A stretch of 64,000 nt of DNA from Dehalococcoidia bacterium. Lineage in GTDB: Bacteria; Chloroflexota; Dehalococcoidia; Lucifugimonadales; UBA1123. Shown here piece by piece: positions 24,647 to 33,270 of this stretch. Each line of letters opens with the position of its first letter. Position 1 is the first letter of the stretch. The translations under genes were made by a program, and so were the position numbers. Location: contig OZ243978.1 in assembly GCA_965214745.1 (NCBI GenBank), positions 2,807,554-2,871,553 on the forward strand, in the 5' to 3' direction. The notes under the pieces were generated by a model. The model made no database searches. It saw only the letters and a program-made list of their open reading frames with translations, and was not told the DNA's origin.

Positions 24647-26044
24647 ATGTCGGACATCATCTACAGCTCCGCCAAGCGAATCGCGGAATCCATACGCGAA
24701 AAGCGCATCTCCGCTGTCGAGGTCGTCGAGGCGCATCTGGCGCGCGTCGAGCAGGTCAACGGGCAGCTAAACGCCGTAGTCGCGCTGTGCGCCGAGCGCG
24801 CGCTGGAGGAGGCGAAGGCAGCCGACGCCGCTATCGCGCGGGGCGACGAGCTTGGCGCGCTGCACGGCGTCCCTATGACGCTCAAAGACTCGCTGGACAC
24901 CGAAGGCGTCGTCACCACAGGCGGCACAATGGGGCGAAAGGACTACGCGCCTGAGCGCGATTCGACCGTGGCGGCGCGGCTGCGCGCGGCGGGCGCGATT
25001 CTGCTGGGCAAGACGAACACGCCTGAGCTTACGCTCGCGGGCGAAACGGTCAACAGCGTGTACGGGCGCACGAACAACCCGTATCTGCTGGATAGGACTC
25101 CCGGCGGCTCTAGCGGCGGCGCGGCGGCTATCGTGGCGTCCGGCGGCGCGGCGTTCGACATCGGCTCGGACACCGGCGGCTCGATACGAATGCCCGCCCA
25201 CCTGTGCGGCATCGCGGGCGTCAAGCCCAACTCCGGGCGCGTCCCTCGCACAGGGCATATCATTTCTTACGGAATGGGCGCGACGGACGCTTACACGCAG
25301 AACGGGCCAATGGCGCGATACGTAGAAGACCTCGCGCTCATCCTGCCCATCATATGCGGGCCAGACTGGGAAGACCCCGCCATCGTCCCTATGCCGCTCG
25401 GAGACCCCGCGGACGTCGATCTGGGCGCGCTTAGGATCGCGTACTACACAGATGTGGACGGCTACAAAGAGCCGTCTCAGGAGACGCGAGACGCCACGCT
25501 CGCGGCCGCGATGGCGCTGTCGGACGTCGCCGCAAGCGTGGATGAGGACGTTCCGCCGCCGCTCAGCCGCGCGCCGGACATTTCGGCGCGGGTGGGCGAC
25601 GGCGACGGGCGCGCCGGAACGCGCCGCCTGCTCGCAGCCGCAGGCACGGCGGACGCCGACGTATCCCCCAACCTAGCCAAGCGCATCGCGGACGCAAGCG
25701 CCGTATCCGCCGCCGAGTACGGCGAGGCGCTCGAAGAGCTGGACGCCTTCCGCAGCGAGATGCTGGGCTTCATGAGAGGATACGACGCCATAGTCGCGCC
25801 AGTGACCGCGCTGCCCGCCACGCCTCACGGCGAGACGTTCGAGGAGCATTACAAGAACGGCTTCTACACGGGGCCATACAACCTGACCGGTTGGCCCGGC
25901 GCGGTCGTGCGATGCGGAACGTCGTCCGAAGGCTTGCCCATCGGCGCGCAGATAATCGCGCGCGCGTGGCGCGAGGACGTATCGCTCGCCATAGCCTCGT
26001 TCTTGGAATCCGCGCTCGGCGGCTGGAGGAAGCCGCCGCTGTAA
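24647..26044 (+). CDS. Amidase (amidase-signature family), paralogue 3
   Basis: MTLKDS, GGSSGG, GSDTGGSIRMPA. C-terminus FLESALGGWRKPPL. Confidence 0.9.
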   Translation: MSDIIYSSAKRIAESIREKRISAVEVVEAHLARVEQVNGQLNAVVALCAERALEEAKAADAAIARGDELGALHGVPMTLKDSLDTEGVVTTGGTMGRKDYAPERDSTVAARLRAAGAILLGKTNTPELTLAGETVNSVYGRTNNPYLLDRTPGGSSGGAAAIVASGGAAFDIGSDTGGSIRMPAHLCGIAGVKPNSGRVPRTGHIISYGMGATDAYTQNGPMARYVEDLALILPIICGPDWEDPAIVPMPLGDPADVDLGALRIAYYTDVDGYKEPSQETRDATLAAAMALSDVAASVDEDVPPPLSRAPDISARVGDGDGRAGTRRLLAAAGTADADVSPNLAKRIADASAVSAAEYGEALEELDAFRSEMLGFMRGYDAIVAPVTALPATPHGETFEEHYKNGFYTGPYNLTGWPGAVVRCGTSSEGLPIGAQIIARAWREDVSLAIASFLESALGGWRKPPL

Positions 26045-26054
26045 TCGCCGCCCC

Positions 26055-27092
26055 ATGACCACGGAAACCGACGCCTATATGCTGTTCACGCAGGCGCACG
26101 CCCACTACGTGCGCGGTCTCAGGCGCGCCGTGCGAGAGCGGCTAGAGGCGGCGCACGGCGCGAAGTGGTGGGAAAGCGGCGCGCTTGCCGTCTTGACCGA
26201 GCCGCAGAGAGACAACATCGTTCGCGCAATGGATAGGACATCCGATCAGCCGCCGGAGGATTTTCTGGACGCGATCCACTTCCCTAGAATCGTGGGCGTC
26301 AACCACAAGCAAGCGTTCGCAGACGCATTTCCCAACGCCAGCTCGACGTTCATCAGGATGCGAAACATAGCCGCAATGCGTAACGATTGGGCGCATGTGC
26401 AGACGCTGCGGTATCCTAGCGTCATCCAATCCATGAATGCGATGAAGGGCATATTAGCGTCGCTGGACTGCAAAGAGGCGCTGGAGATAGAGAAGATGAG
26501 CGACGACTTGGAGAAGTATCCGCAAACCGCCTCAGGAGAGCTAACCGACGCGGGCGAGCCTATGGATGACGGCGACGATTCGGATGTCGAGATCGAACGC
26601 ATTGACGTGTTGGATTATTGGAAACGGATTCATTCTTATTTGGTTCTAGAAAAGGAGGTGTCTCTTCCTGAAGATGGATCGAACGGTCAAGCCGAAGTCC
26701 TGCTGAGGGCGCGCAACACGGCGCCGGACATCGAAGGCAACCTTATGATAATCTTCCGGTCCATCAGAGTGGAGTACTACCAAGAAGGCGGGGGCAGAAA
26801 CTATGAGAGCATGAAAGACTTGGGTCCGGGGGACAGCGATCGAATAATGTTGCGGTTTTCTCCCGGCGCGTTGGCTACGGTCGAGTTGGAGCTTTGCGGC
26901 GATCTTGATTTAGCCACGCTAATTCGCGTCAGAAGAAAGAGCAGTCTGCCCGATGATGTCGTAGCTCCCATTCTGGCTGAATTCGTTGCAGAATTCGAGA
27001 AGATTGGCATCAAGAAAACGATGGACGATCTTATGGAAAGAATCAAGTCTATAGATGAGACGACAACCATTCGACAATTGTCCGACGTTTGA
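26055..27092 (+). CDS. Swt1-like HEPN domain protein with an unknown C-terminal domain
   Basis: The N-terminal 140 aa or so carry KWWESG...FPRIVGVNHKQAFADAFPN...IRMRNIAAMRNDWAH (R-N-x-x-A-H, an Rx4H HEPN motif, codons 109-114 at nt 26379-26396). An acidic linker follows, then a beta-rich domain I do not recognise. GC falls to about 40-50% after about 26400. Confidence 0.65.
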   Translation: MTTETDAYMLFTQAHAHYVRGLRRAVRERLEAAHGAKWWESGALAVLTEPQRDNIVRAMDRTSDQPPEDFLDAIHFPRIVGVNHKQAFADAFPNASSTFIRMRNIAAMRNDWAHVQTLRYPSVIQSMNAMKGILASLDCKEALEIEKMSDDLEKYPQTASGELTDAGEPMDDGDDSDVEIERIDVLDYWKRIHSYLVLEKEVSLPEDGSNGQAEVLLRARNTAPDIEGNLMIIFRSIRVEYYQEGGGRNYESMKDLGPGDSDRIMLRFSPGALATVELELCGDLDLATLIRVRRKSSLPDDVVAPILAEFVAEFEKIGIKKTMDDLMERIKSIDETTTIRQLSDV

Positions 27093-27098
27093 ACAGGT

Positions 27099-27371
27099 TT
27101 GGCAGATGTCAGACCCTGGGCGCGAACAATGCTGAGAGAGTTGAGCAACCTAAGAGACGCTTACCATATCCCTCGAGAGTCTGAATTAGGCAATCGGTTC
27201 ACAAGTATCTCCCAGCAAATCGAATACTTCTATCGGCATATTCGCAGCTTGAACGAGGCTATTGCCGGCATAGATCTAACACAGATCGCACAAGTCGTTC
27301 AGCGTCTAGAGGAGATTCGACTTGCAATCGTGCGCGACCACGACGCGATCCTCGATATAAAGGCTGATTAG
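27099..27371 (+). CDS. Small helical hypothetical protein, partner of the HEPN gene
   Basis: 90 codons from TTG 27099 (6 nt after the HEPN stop), or 80 from ATG 27129. Low GC. Predicted all-helical (LNEAIAGIDLTQIAQVVQRLEEIRLAIVRDHDAILDI). No recognisable domain. Confidence 0.45.
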   Translation: MADVRPWARTMLRELSNLRDAYHIPRESELGNRFTSISQQIEYFYRHIRSLNEAIAGIDLTQIAQVVQRLEEIRLAIVRDHDAILDIKAD

Positions 27372-27384
27372 CGCGCCCCACCAC

Positions 27385-28848
27385 GTGAACTGCATGAGCT
27401 GGCAAGACGACTACCGCCGCAAGCTGACCACCCCCGAAGACGCCGTCTCCATCGTCGAGGACGGCGACCGCGTTTTCGTGCCGCTCTCCGAACAGCCGAT
27501 GACGCTCATCGCCGCGCTTGCCGAACGGGCGCGCGACGTGCGGGGCGCGACGCTCAGCGTATCCGTGCCGCAGTTCGACCTCGCGCCTTTCCTAGAAGCG
27601 GGCTGGAACGTGGACGTCGAGAACTTCATAGGCCCATTCGGCAGGACCTACGAGAACGCGGGGCAGGCGCCCTACTCGCCGCTCGCTTTCTCGCTCACGT
27701 TCAAGGCGAACGACGAACGCCCAAGCGAAGCGCGCCCCATAGACGTGGCGCTGGTCGTCGTGTCGCGCCCCAACAGGCAGGGGCAGATAACCTTTGGGCC
27801 GCAATCTTGGTACAAGCGCGGCTTCGCCCAGCGCGCTCGCAAAGTCGCAGCCGAAGTCCACCCGTCGCTCATCCGCACCTACGGGGACGGGTTCATGCCC
27901 GCTAGCGGCATCGACAAGCTGGTCGAGGGCAAGGCGTCGGACGCAACCGCAGAATCTCTGCTCGCCGCAACCGCCGAGTTGCCACGCGGACGTCGGGATG
28001 CGCTCGCGGACATCATCGTGCGCGTCGCGCCGAGCCGTCTGGCGGCCGCCGCGCCCCACTTCGCGGACATAAACCTAGACAGGCTGCGGCGACAGCTTGG
28101 CATAGACGAGCCTTCCGCGGAATCCCGCGCCATCGCGGACAATGTGAAGCCGCTTGTGCCGAACGGCGCGACGATTCAGATAGGCGTCGGAACGCCGTCG
28201 TCTTACCTGCCGCGGCTGGGCGTCTTCGACGACAAGATAGACTTGGGGCTGCACTCCGAACTTACCGTGCCGGGCGTCGCCAAGCTGGTGGCGGCGGGCG
28301 TCATCAACGGCGCGCGCAAGACGATACACCGCGGGCGCGCGGTGGCGACCAGCTGGAGCGGCGCGAACGACGAAGACTTAGCCATAATCGACGACAACCC
28401 GCTGTTCGAGCTGTACTCGCCCGAATACACGCTGAACCCCGCCGTGATTGCGAGCAACCACATGCAAACCGGCATCAACAACGCGCTGAACGTGGACTTG
28501 CGCGGGCAGATTGGCTCGGAAAGCATCTTCGGAGGGCAGATGTACAACGGCATCGGCGGCCAGCCGGAGACGCATCTCGGCGCGCTGTACTCGCCGGGCG
28601 GGCGCGCGATAACGCTGCTGTACTCCACCGCTATCGGCGGCGCGGTGTCACGCATCGTTCCGCGCTTGGAGTCCGGCGAGATAGTGACCATGCCGCACTT
28701 CTGGGCGGACACGGTGGTTACCGAGTACGGCGTGGCGCAGCTGCTGGGCAAGAATCACCGCCAGCGGGCGGATGCGCTGATAGGCATAGCCCATCCCGAC
28801 TTCCGCGCCGAGCTGCGCCGAGCCGCCGCCGGCTGGCTGCTGGCGTGA
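27385..28848 (+). CDS. Acetyl-CoA hydrolase/transferase family protein (4-hydroxybutyrate CoA-transferase-like)
   Basis: Family-typical LHSELTVPG and GIGGQPE regions. 487 aa. GTG 27385 or ATG 27394 start. Confidence 0.75.
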   Translation: MNCMSWQDDYRRKLTTPEDAVSIVEDGDRVFVPLSEQPMTLIAALAERARDVRGATLSVSVPQFDLAPFLEAGWNVDVENFIGPFGRTYENAGQAPYSPLAFSLTFKANDERPSEARPIDVALVVVSRPNRQGQITFGPQSWYKRGFAQRARKVAAEVHPSLIRTYGDGFMPASGIDKLVEGKASDATAESLLAATAELPRGRRDALADIIVRVAPSRLAAAAPHFADINLDRLRRQLGIDEPSAESRAIADNVKPLVPNGATIQIGVGTPSSYLPRLGVFDDKIDLGLHSELTVPGVAKLVAAGVINGARKTIHRGRAVATSWSGANDEDLAIIDDNPLFELYSPEYTLNPAVIASNHMQTGINNALNVDLRGQIGSESIFGGQMYNGIGGQPETHLGALYSPGGRAITLLYSTAIGGAVSRIVPRLESGEIVTMPHFWADTVVTEYGVAQLLGKNHRQRADALIGIAHPDFRAELRRAAAGWLLA

Positions 28849-28878
28849 GCGGCTTGTCCTGACACGCGGAGGTTCCCA

Positions 28879-30036
28879 TTGCCCGGCGCTTTCACCATCG
28901 CCACCATCCACGGCGTGAGCTTTCGCGTCCATTTCTCTTGGCTGTTCGTGTTCGCGCTCGTAACATGGTCGCTCGCGGCGGGCTGGCTGCCTACTCGGTA
29001 CGAGGGCTGGAGCGTAACGCTGTACTGGACTATCGGCGCGATGGGCAGCGTCTTCCTGTTCATGTGCGTGGCTATTCACGAGTTCAGCCACTCTCTGGAG
29101 GCGACGCGGCGCGGGCTGATGGTGCGGAGCGTAACGCTCTTCTTGCTGGGTGGATACTCGGTCATAGAAGATCCTCGCAGCGCGCGCGAAGAGTTCTGGG
29201 TGTCCGCCGCCGGACCCATCGCAAGCCTCGCACTCGCCGCTGTGTTCGGGCTGCTCTACTACAACGTGAGAGCGTCGGAAAGCCCGTTCGCGGCGCTCAC
29301 GCAGTATCTGGCATTCGCCAACTTCTTCATCGCGCTGTTCAACCTAGCGCCCGCCTACCCGCTCGACGGCGGGCGCGTGCTGCGCGCGCTAGTGTGGCGC
29401 GCCACGAACAGCGAGCGGCGCGCGAGCCAAGTGGCGGGCTTCGCCGGAGTGTCGCTCGGCTATGGGCTCATCGGCGGAGGAGTCGCGCTGGCGCTCATCG
29501 CGCCCGCGTTCACCTCGCTTTGGTTCAGCGGAGTGTGGATTGCCGCCATAGGATGGTTCATCCGCTCAGCCGCGTCTTCTGCGGGCAGACAGTCGGCGCG
29601 TAGGGTGTCCATATCCGGGCGGCGCGTCGGAGAGGCGATGAGCGCGTTCGAGTCCGTGCCGCCCGGCATGACCATCCAGCGGCTGATCGAAGAGCGCATG
29701 GCGGCGGATTTGCAGCGCGTCTATCTCGTAACGCTCGGCGACACTTTCCACGGCATCATCACCGCGTCCGACGCGCTGCGCGCGCCGGCGGCGGAGCGCG
29801 CCCGCGCGTGGGTATCGCAAGCTATGACGCGGGCTAGCGACGTACATACGCTCGCGCCGAGCGACACGCTGGAAGACGGGCTAGCGGTACTGGCGGACAA
29901 CGAAATCCAGCAGGCGCCCGTCATAGAAGACGGCAAACCCGTGGGGCTGCTGACTCGCCACGACGTTTTGCGCGTGATGGAGGTGTCGCAGCTTGCGCCG
30001 GGCAACCCCGACGCCGAGCCGCAACCGCCCGAATAG
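28879..30036 (+). CDS. Site-2 protease (peptidase M50) with tandem CBS domains
   Basis: HEFSHSL zinc motif, second motif NLAPAYPLDGGRV, several TM helices, and a C-terminal CBS pair. TTG start with GGAGG SD. Confidence 0.85.
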   Translation: MPGAFTIATIHGVSFRVHFSWLFVFALVTWSLAAGWLPTRYEGWSVTLYWTIGAMGSVFLFMCVAIHEFSHSLEATRRGLMVRSVTLFLLGGYSVIEDPRSAREEFWVSAAGPIASLALAAVFGLLYYNVRASESPFAALTQYLAFANFFIALFNLAPAYPLDGGRVLRALVWRATNSERRASQVAGFAGVSLGYGLIGGGVALALIAPAFTSLWFSGVWIAAIGWFIRSAASSAGRQSARRVSISGRRVGEAMSAFESVPPGMTIQRLIEERMAADLQRVYLVTLGDTFHGIITASDALRAPAAERARAWVSQAMTRASDVHTLAPSDTLEDGLAVLADNEIQQAPVIEDGKPVGLLTRHDVLRVMEVSQLAPGNPDAEPQPPE

Positions 30037-30040
30037 ATCC

Positions 30041-30090
30041 ACAGCATGAACGGGATTTACATGCCTCTCATCCTGTTTATCTTGTTTTTA
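30041..30090. terminator. Hairpin built from an inverted REP-like pair plus T-run, a candidate bidirectional terminator
   Basis: ACAGCATGA (30041-30049) pairs with TCATCCTGT (30069-30077) at 8 of 9 positions, followed by TTATCTTGTTTTTA. It lies between the convergent S2P and CoA-transferase genes. Confidence 0.5.
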
Positions 30091-31284
30091 GACGATAACG
30101 CCCTTCTCCCGCAGGTCGGGCAACTCGTCGGGAGACACGCCTAGCAGCGAGGTCAGTATCTCGTCGGTATGCTCGGAGTACAGCGGCGCGGCTTCCACCT
30201 CCACGGGCGAGTCTTGCAGCTTCACCGGGCAACCTATCATGCGATAGTCGCCGCGCGCTTCGTCTTTCACCGTAACCAGCATGTCGCGCGCTTCTAGGTG
30301 GTGGTTTTCCAGCACTTCCAGCGGCGTGAACACGGGGCCGCACCACACGCCGGCGGCGGCAAGCGTCTCGAACGCCTCTACTTTGGTGCGCTGCATCGTC
30401 CACTCTTCGATGATGGACTGAATCTCTTCGGCGTGCTGCCCCTGCGTCTCGAAGCGCGTCAGTCGGTCGTCCGCCAGCAGGTCTTCGCGTCCGATGAGCG
30501 CGAGCGTCAACTCCAGCATCTTGCCGCGAATGTGGATCATAACGTAGTCATCGGGTCCGCCGGGCGCGCACCTGAACACTTGCGGCACGCCGCTCCAGCC
30601 CTTGTCGCCGGGTCGTCCGCCCCAAACGCCCGCTCCGAGCGGGTGGATCATGCTGATCCGCATGAGATTCAGCACGCCGTCTTGCATCGAGACTTCGACC
30701 TGCTGCCCTTCGCCGGTGGCGTCGCGCTGTCGGAGCGCGGCTAGAATGCCTATCGCCATGTGCAGCCCGGTGCCGCTGTCGCCCGCGCCAACGCCAACGG
30801 ATATGGGAGGACCGTCCGGGTAGCCGGTAACCGCCATCAGTCCGGCGGTCGCCTGCGCCGCTATCTCGTAAGACTTGTAGTCGGAGTAAGGCCCCCACGT
30901 GCCGAAGCCCTTGATGGTGGCGTAGATTACGGCGGGGTTTATCTGCTTGAGACGCTCGTAGCCAAAGCCGAGACGCTCCATAACGCCCTTCGAGAAGTTC
31001 TCCAGCACCACGTCCGCCCACTCGACCAGCTTGACGAACAACTGCTTGCCACGCTCGGTCTTGAGGTTCAGCGTTATGGCGCGCTTGTTGTTGTTGAATA
31101 TGGTGAAGTAGACGCTGTCCTGATCGGTTCGGGCGGCAAGCTCCCATCGCGTGTTGTCGCCGCCCGCAGCGTCTTCGAGCTTGATAACGTCCGCGCCGAG
31201 AAAGCCGAGCATCTGCGCGCACGAAGGCCCCGCCTGCACGCGGCTCATGTCGAGTATCTTGATGCCTGTGAGCGCCTTGTCCAT
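30088..31284 (-). CDS. Family III CoA-transferase (CaiB/BaiF/Frc-like)
   Basis: GIKILDMSRVQAGPSCAQMLGFLGADVIKLE N-terminus with catalytic-Asp region. 398 aa. Confidence 0.88.
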   Translation of the reverse strand: MDKALTGIKILDMSRVQAGPSCAQMLGFLGADVIKLEDAAGGDNTRWELAARTDQDSVYFTIFNNNKRAITLNLKTERGKQLFVKLVEWADVVLENFSKGVMERLGFGYERLKQINPAVIYATIKGFGTWGPYSDYKSYEIAAQATAGLMAVTGYPDGPPISVGVGAGDSGTGLHMAIGILAALRQRDATGEGQQVEVSMQDGVLNLMRISMIHPLGAGVWGGRPGDKGWSGVPQVFRCAPGGPDDYVMIHIRGKMLELTLALIGREDLLADDRLTRFETQGQHAEEIQSIIEEWTMQRTKVEAFETLAAAGVWCGPVFTPLEVLENHHLEARDMLVTVKDEARGDYRMIGCPVKLQDSPVEVEAAPLYSEHTDEILTSLLGVSPDELPDLREKGVIV

Positions 31285-31332
31285 TCAGCCGTCTCCTCTC
31301 GATGCCTGACGGGGGCATGTGTCGTACTTCGC

Positions 31333-31355
31333 AATATCCCGCGCATCCCGTGAAT
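31333..31355. repeat. Dispersed GGAT-phased intergenic repeat (REP-like), copy
   Basis: AATATCCCGCGCATCCCGTGAAT between the CoA-transferase start and the stop of Uma2 copy 1. Confidence 0.55.
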
Positions 31356-31356
31356 G

Positions 31357-32079
31357 CTAGGGATTTCGTCGCAAGTCTAGTTCAGCTCTGAGCCGACGGT
31401 TCTCAGCTTCGAGGGCAAGCCGCCGCTCGCGCTCCGCCAGCCGTCCTATGCGCTCGTCCCGGTGCGTCATCAGGTAAAGTCCAGTCTCAGGATCCCGAAA
31501 GCGCAACTCCCCATGCTCCCAGCACACATCCAGCCCCAAGACCTTGCTGCGCCCCCAGTATATCCCATCGCCCACCTGAACTATCGCTATGGGACGGTAT
31601 ACACCATCCACCAACTCGTCGCCAGCCAATCCTGGACGGCGCACCCACCCTGCATCGGGGTTCGGCTCGAAGCGCCAGTACTCCTGCGCTTCGTAGTCCT
31701 CGTAGCCCTTGCGCTTGGCGGTCGCGTCGCGGCGGCGGGTGCTGGGCGAAGCCACCTCCAGAACGAAGTCCGGCGGCTTGCCCCACTCCTCTATCGCGTA
31801 GCCGCGACGGTCGATGATGGCGTCGCGATCCACGTCGAACACTACGAGCAGATCGGGTATGAGTATCCCCCGCCGACTCTGGTCGTGCCGCCATCCGATG
31901 GGGACTTCGCTGAGGATGAGCGTGGTGGGAGAGTCTCCGAAGTGGAGTATCAGCGCGGTCTGGTGTCCGGGCAGGTGGAGATGGATGGGATTGAGCATAT
32001 CGCCCCTGGGCGGGAATACCGGGAAGCGCTGGACCCTCGTTGCGGATGGCTGCGGCGCGGCGAGCCTCGTGGTCGTCAT
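31357..32079 (-). CDS. Uma2/DUF820 family PD-(D/E)XK endonuclease, array copy 1 (240 aa, shortest tail)
   Basis: PDLLVVFDVD...PPDFVLEVASPSTRRRDATAKRKGYEDYEAQEYWRF core. 30-aa tail ...ERERRLALEAENRRLRAELD. Start MTTTRL (ATG 32079) with TAGGAGG SD. TATAAT at 32132-32127. Confidence 0.8.
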   Translation of the reverse strand: MTTTRLAAPQPSATRVQRFPVFPPRGDMLNPIHLHLPGHQTALILHFGDSPTTLILSEVPIGWRHDQSRRGILIPDLLVVFDVDRDAIIDRRGYAIEEWGKPPDFVLEVASPSTRRRDATAKRKGYEDYEAQEYWRFEPNPDAGWVRRPGLAGDELVDGVYRPIAIVQVGDGIYWGRSKVLGLDVCWEHGELRFRDPETGLYLMTHRDERIGRLAERERRLALEAENRRLRAELDLRRNP

Positions 32080-32110
32080 AGAGCGCCTCCTAACGCGGTC
32101 TTGCATGGTT

Positions 32111-32143
32111 TCACGGGATGAAGAGGATTATACGGGATATTCG
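32111..32143. repeat. REP-like repeat in the Uma2 spacer (contains the -10 box of copy 1)
   Basis: TCACGGGATGAAGAGGATTATACGGGATATTCG. The reverse complement contains TATAAT. Confidence 0.55.
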
Positions 32144-32283
32144 ATATGGCTGCTTTGCCGGATGAACACGGCGAGAGAGAGAATCCCATCCTAACCGAAT
32201 CCTAGCGCGGCTAGTCGCGCCCCAAGACGCGCGGCGGCAGACTGCGCTTGCGCGGCATCCCGCCTATCCCTTCACAATCTGCG

Positions 32284-33090
32284 CTAGATATCCTTTTGGT
32301 GGTCTAGCTCTGCTCTGAGGCGGCGGTTCTCGGCTTCGAGAGCTAGCCGACGCTCGCGCTCCGAGCCGTATGCGGTCTCGGCAGCTAGCCGACGCTCGCG
32401 TTCCGCCAACCGCCGATCATACTCGGCAATCCGCCGTTCACGCTCCGCCAGCCGTCCTATGCGCTCGTCCCGGTGCGTCATCAGGTAGAGTCCGCTCTCA
32501 GGATCCCGAAAGCGCAATTCCCCATGCTCCCAGCACACGTCCAGACCCAAGACATTGCTGCGTCCCCAGTATATCCCGTCGCCCACCTGAACTATCTCAA
32601 TGGGACGGTACACCCCATCCACCAGCTCATCGCCAGCCAGCCCCGGGCGGCGCGCCCAGCCGGCATCGGGGTTCGGCTCGAAGCGCCAGTACTCCTGCGC
32701 TCTGTAGTCCTCATAGCCCTTGCGCTTGGCGGTCGCGGCGCGGCGGCGGGTGCTGGGGGACGCCACCTCCAGAACGAAGTCAGGCGGCTTGCCCCACTCC
32801 TCTATCGCGTAGCCGCGACGGTCGATGATCGCGTCGCGATCCACGTCGAACACTACGAGCAGATCGGGTATGAGTATCCCTCGCCGACTCTGGTCATGCC
32901 GCCATCCGATAGGGACTTCGCTGAGGATGAGCGTGGTGGGAGAGTCTCCGAAGTGGAGTATCAACGCGGTCTGGTGTCCGGGCAGGTGGAGATGGATGGG
33001 ATTGAGCATATCGCCCCTGGGCGGGAATACCGGGAAGCGCTGGACCCTCGTTGCGGAAGGCTGCTGCGCGGCGAGCCTCGTGGTCGTCAT
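32284..33090 (-). CDS. Uma2/DUF820 family endonuclease, array copy 2 (268 aa; Asp to Ala in the STRRR(D/A)ATAKRK motif)
   Basis: N-terminal 210 aa differ from copy 1 at about 7 positions. 58-aa tail. TATAAT at 33141-33136. Confidence 0.8.
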   Translation of the reverse strand: MTTTRLAAQQPSATRVQRFPVFPPRGDMLNPIHLHLPGHQTALILHFGDSPTTLILSEVPIGWRHDQSRRGILIPDLLVVFDVDRDAIIDRRGYAIEEWGKPPDFVLEVASPSTRRRAATAKRKGYEDYRAQEYWRFEPNPDAGWARRPGLAGDELVDGVYRPIEIVQVGDGIYWGRSNVLGLDVCWEHGELRFRDPESGLYLMTHRDERIGRLAERERRIAEYDRRLAERERRLAAETAYGSERERRLALEAENRRLRAELDHQKDI

Positions 33091-33119
33091 AGCATGCCTC
33101 CTGACGCGGTCTTGCGTGG

Positions 33120-33152
33120 CTACGGGATGAAGGAGATTATACGGGATATTCG
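33120..33152. repeat. REP-like repeat in the Uma2 spacer (contains the -10 box of copy 2)
   Basis: CTACGGGATGAAGGAGATTATACGGGATATTCG. Confidence 0.55.
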
Positions 33153-33270
33153 AGATGGCTGCTTTGCCGGAGCGACCGCGGGCGGGAGAAATCCCCTCCT
33201 AACCGAACCCTAGCGCAGCTAGTAGAACCCAAGACGCGCAGCAGCGCCCCGCCTATCCATGCAATCCGCG

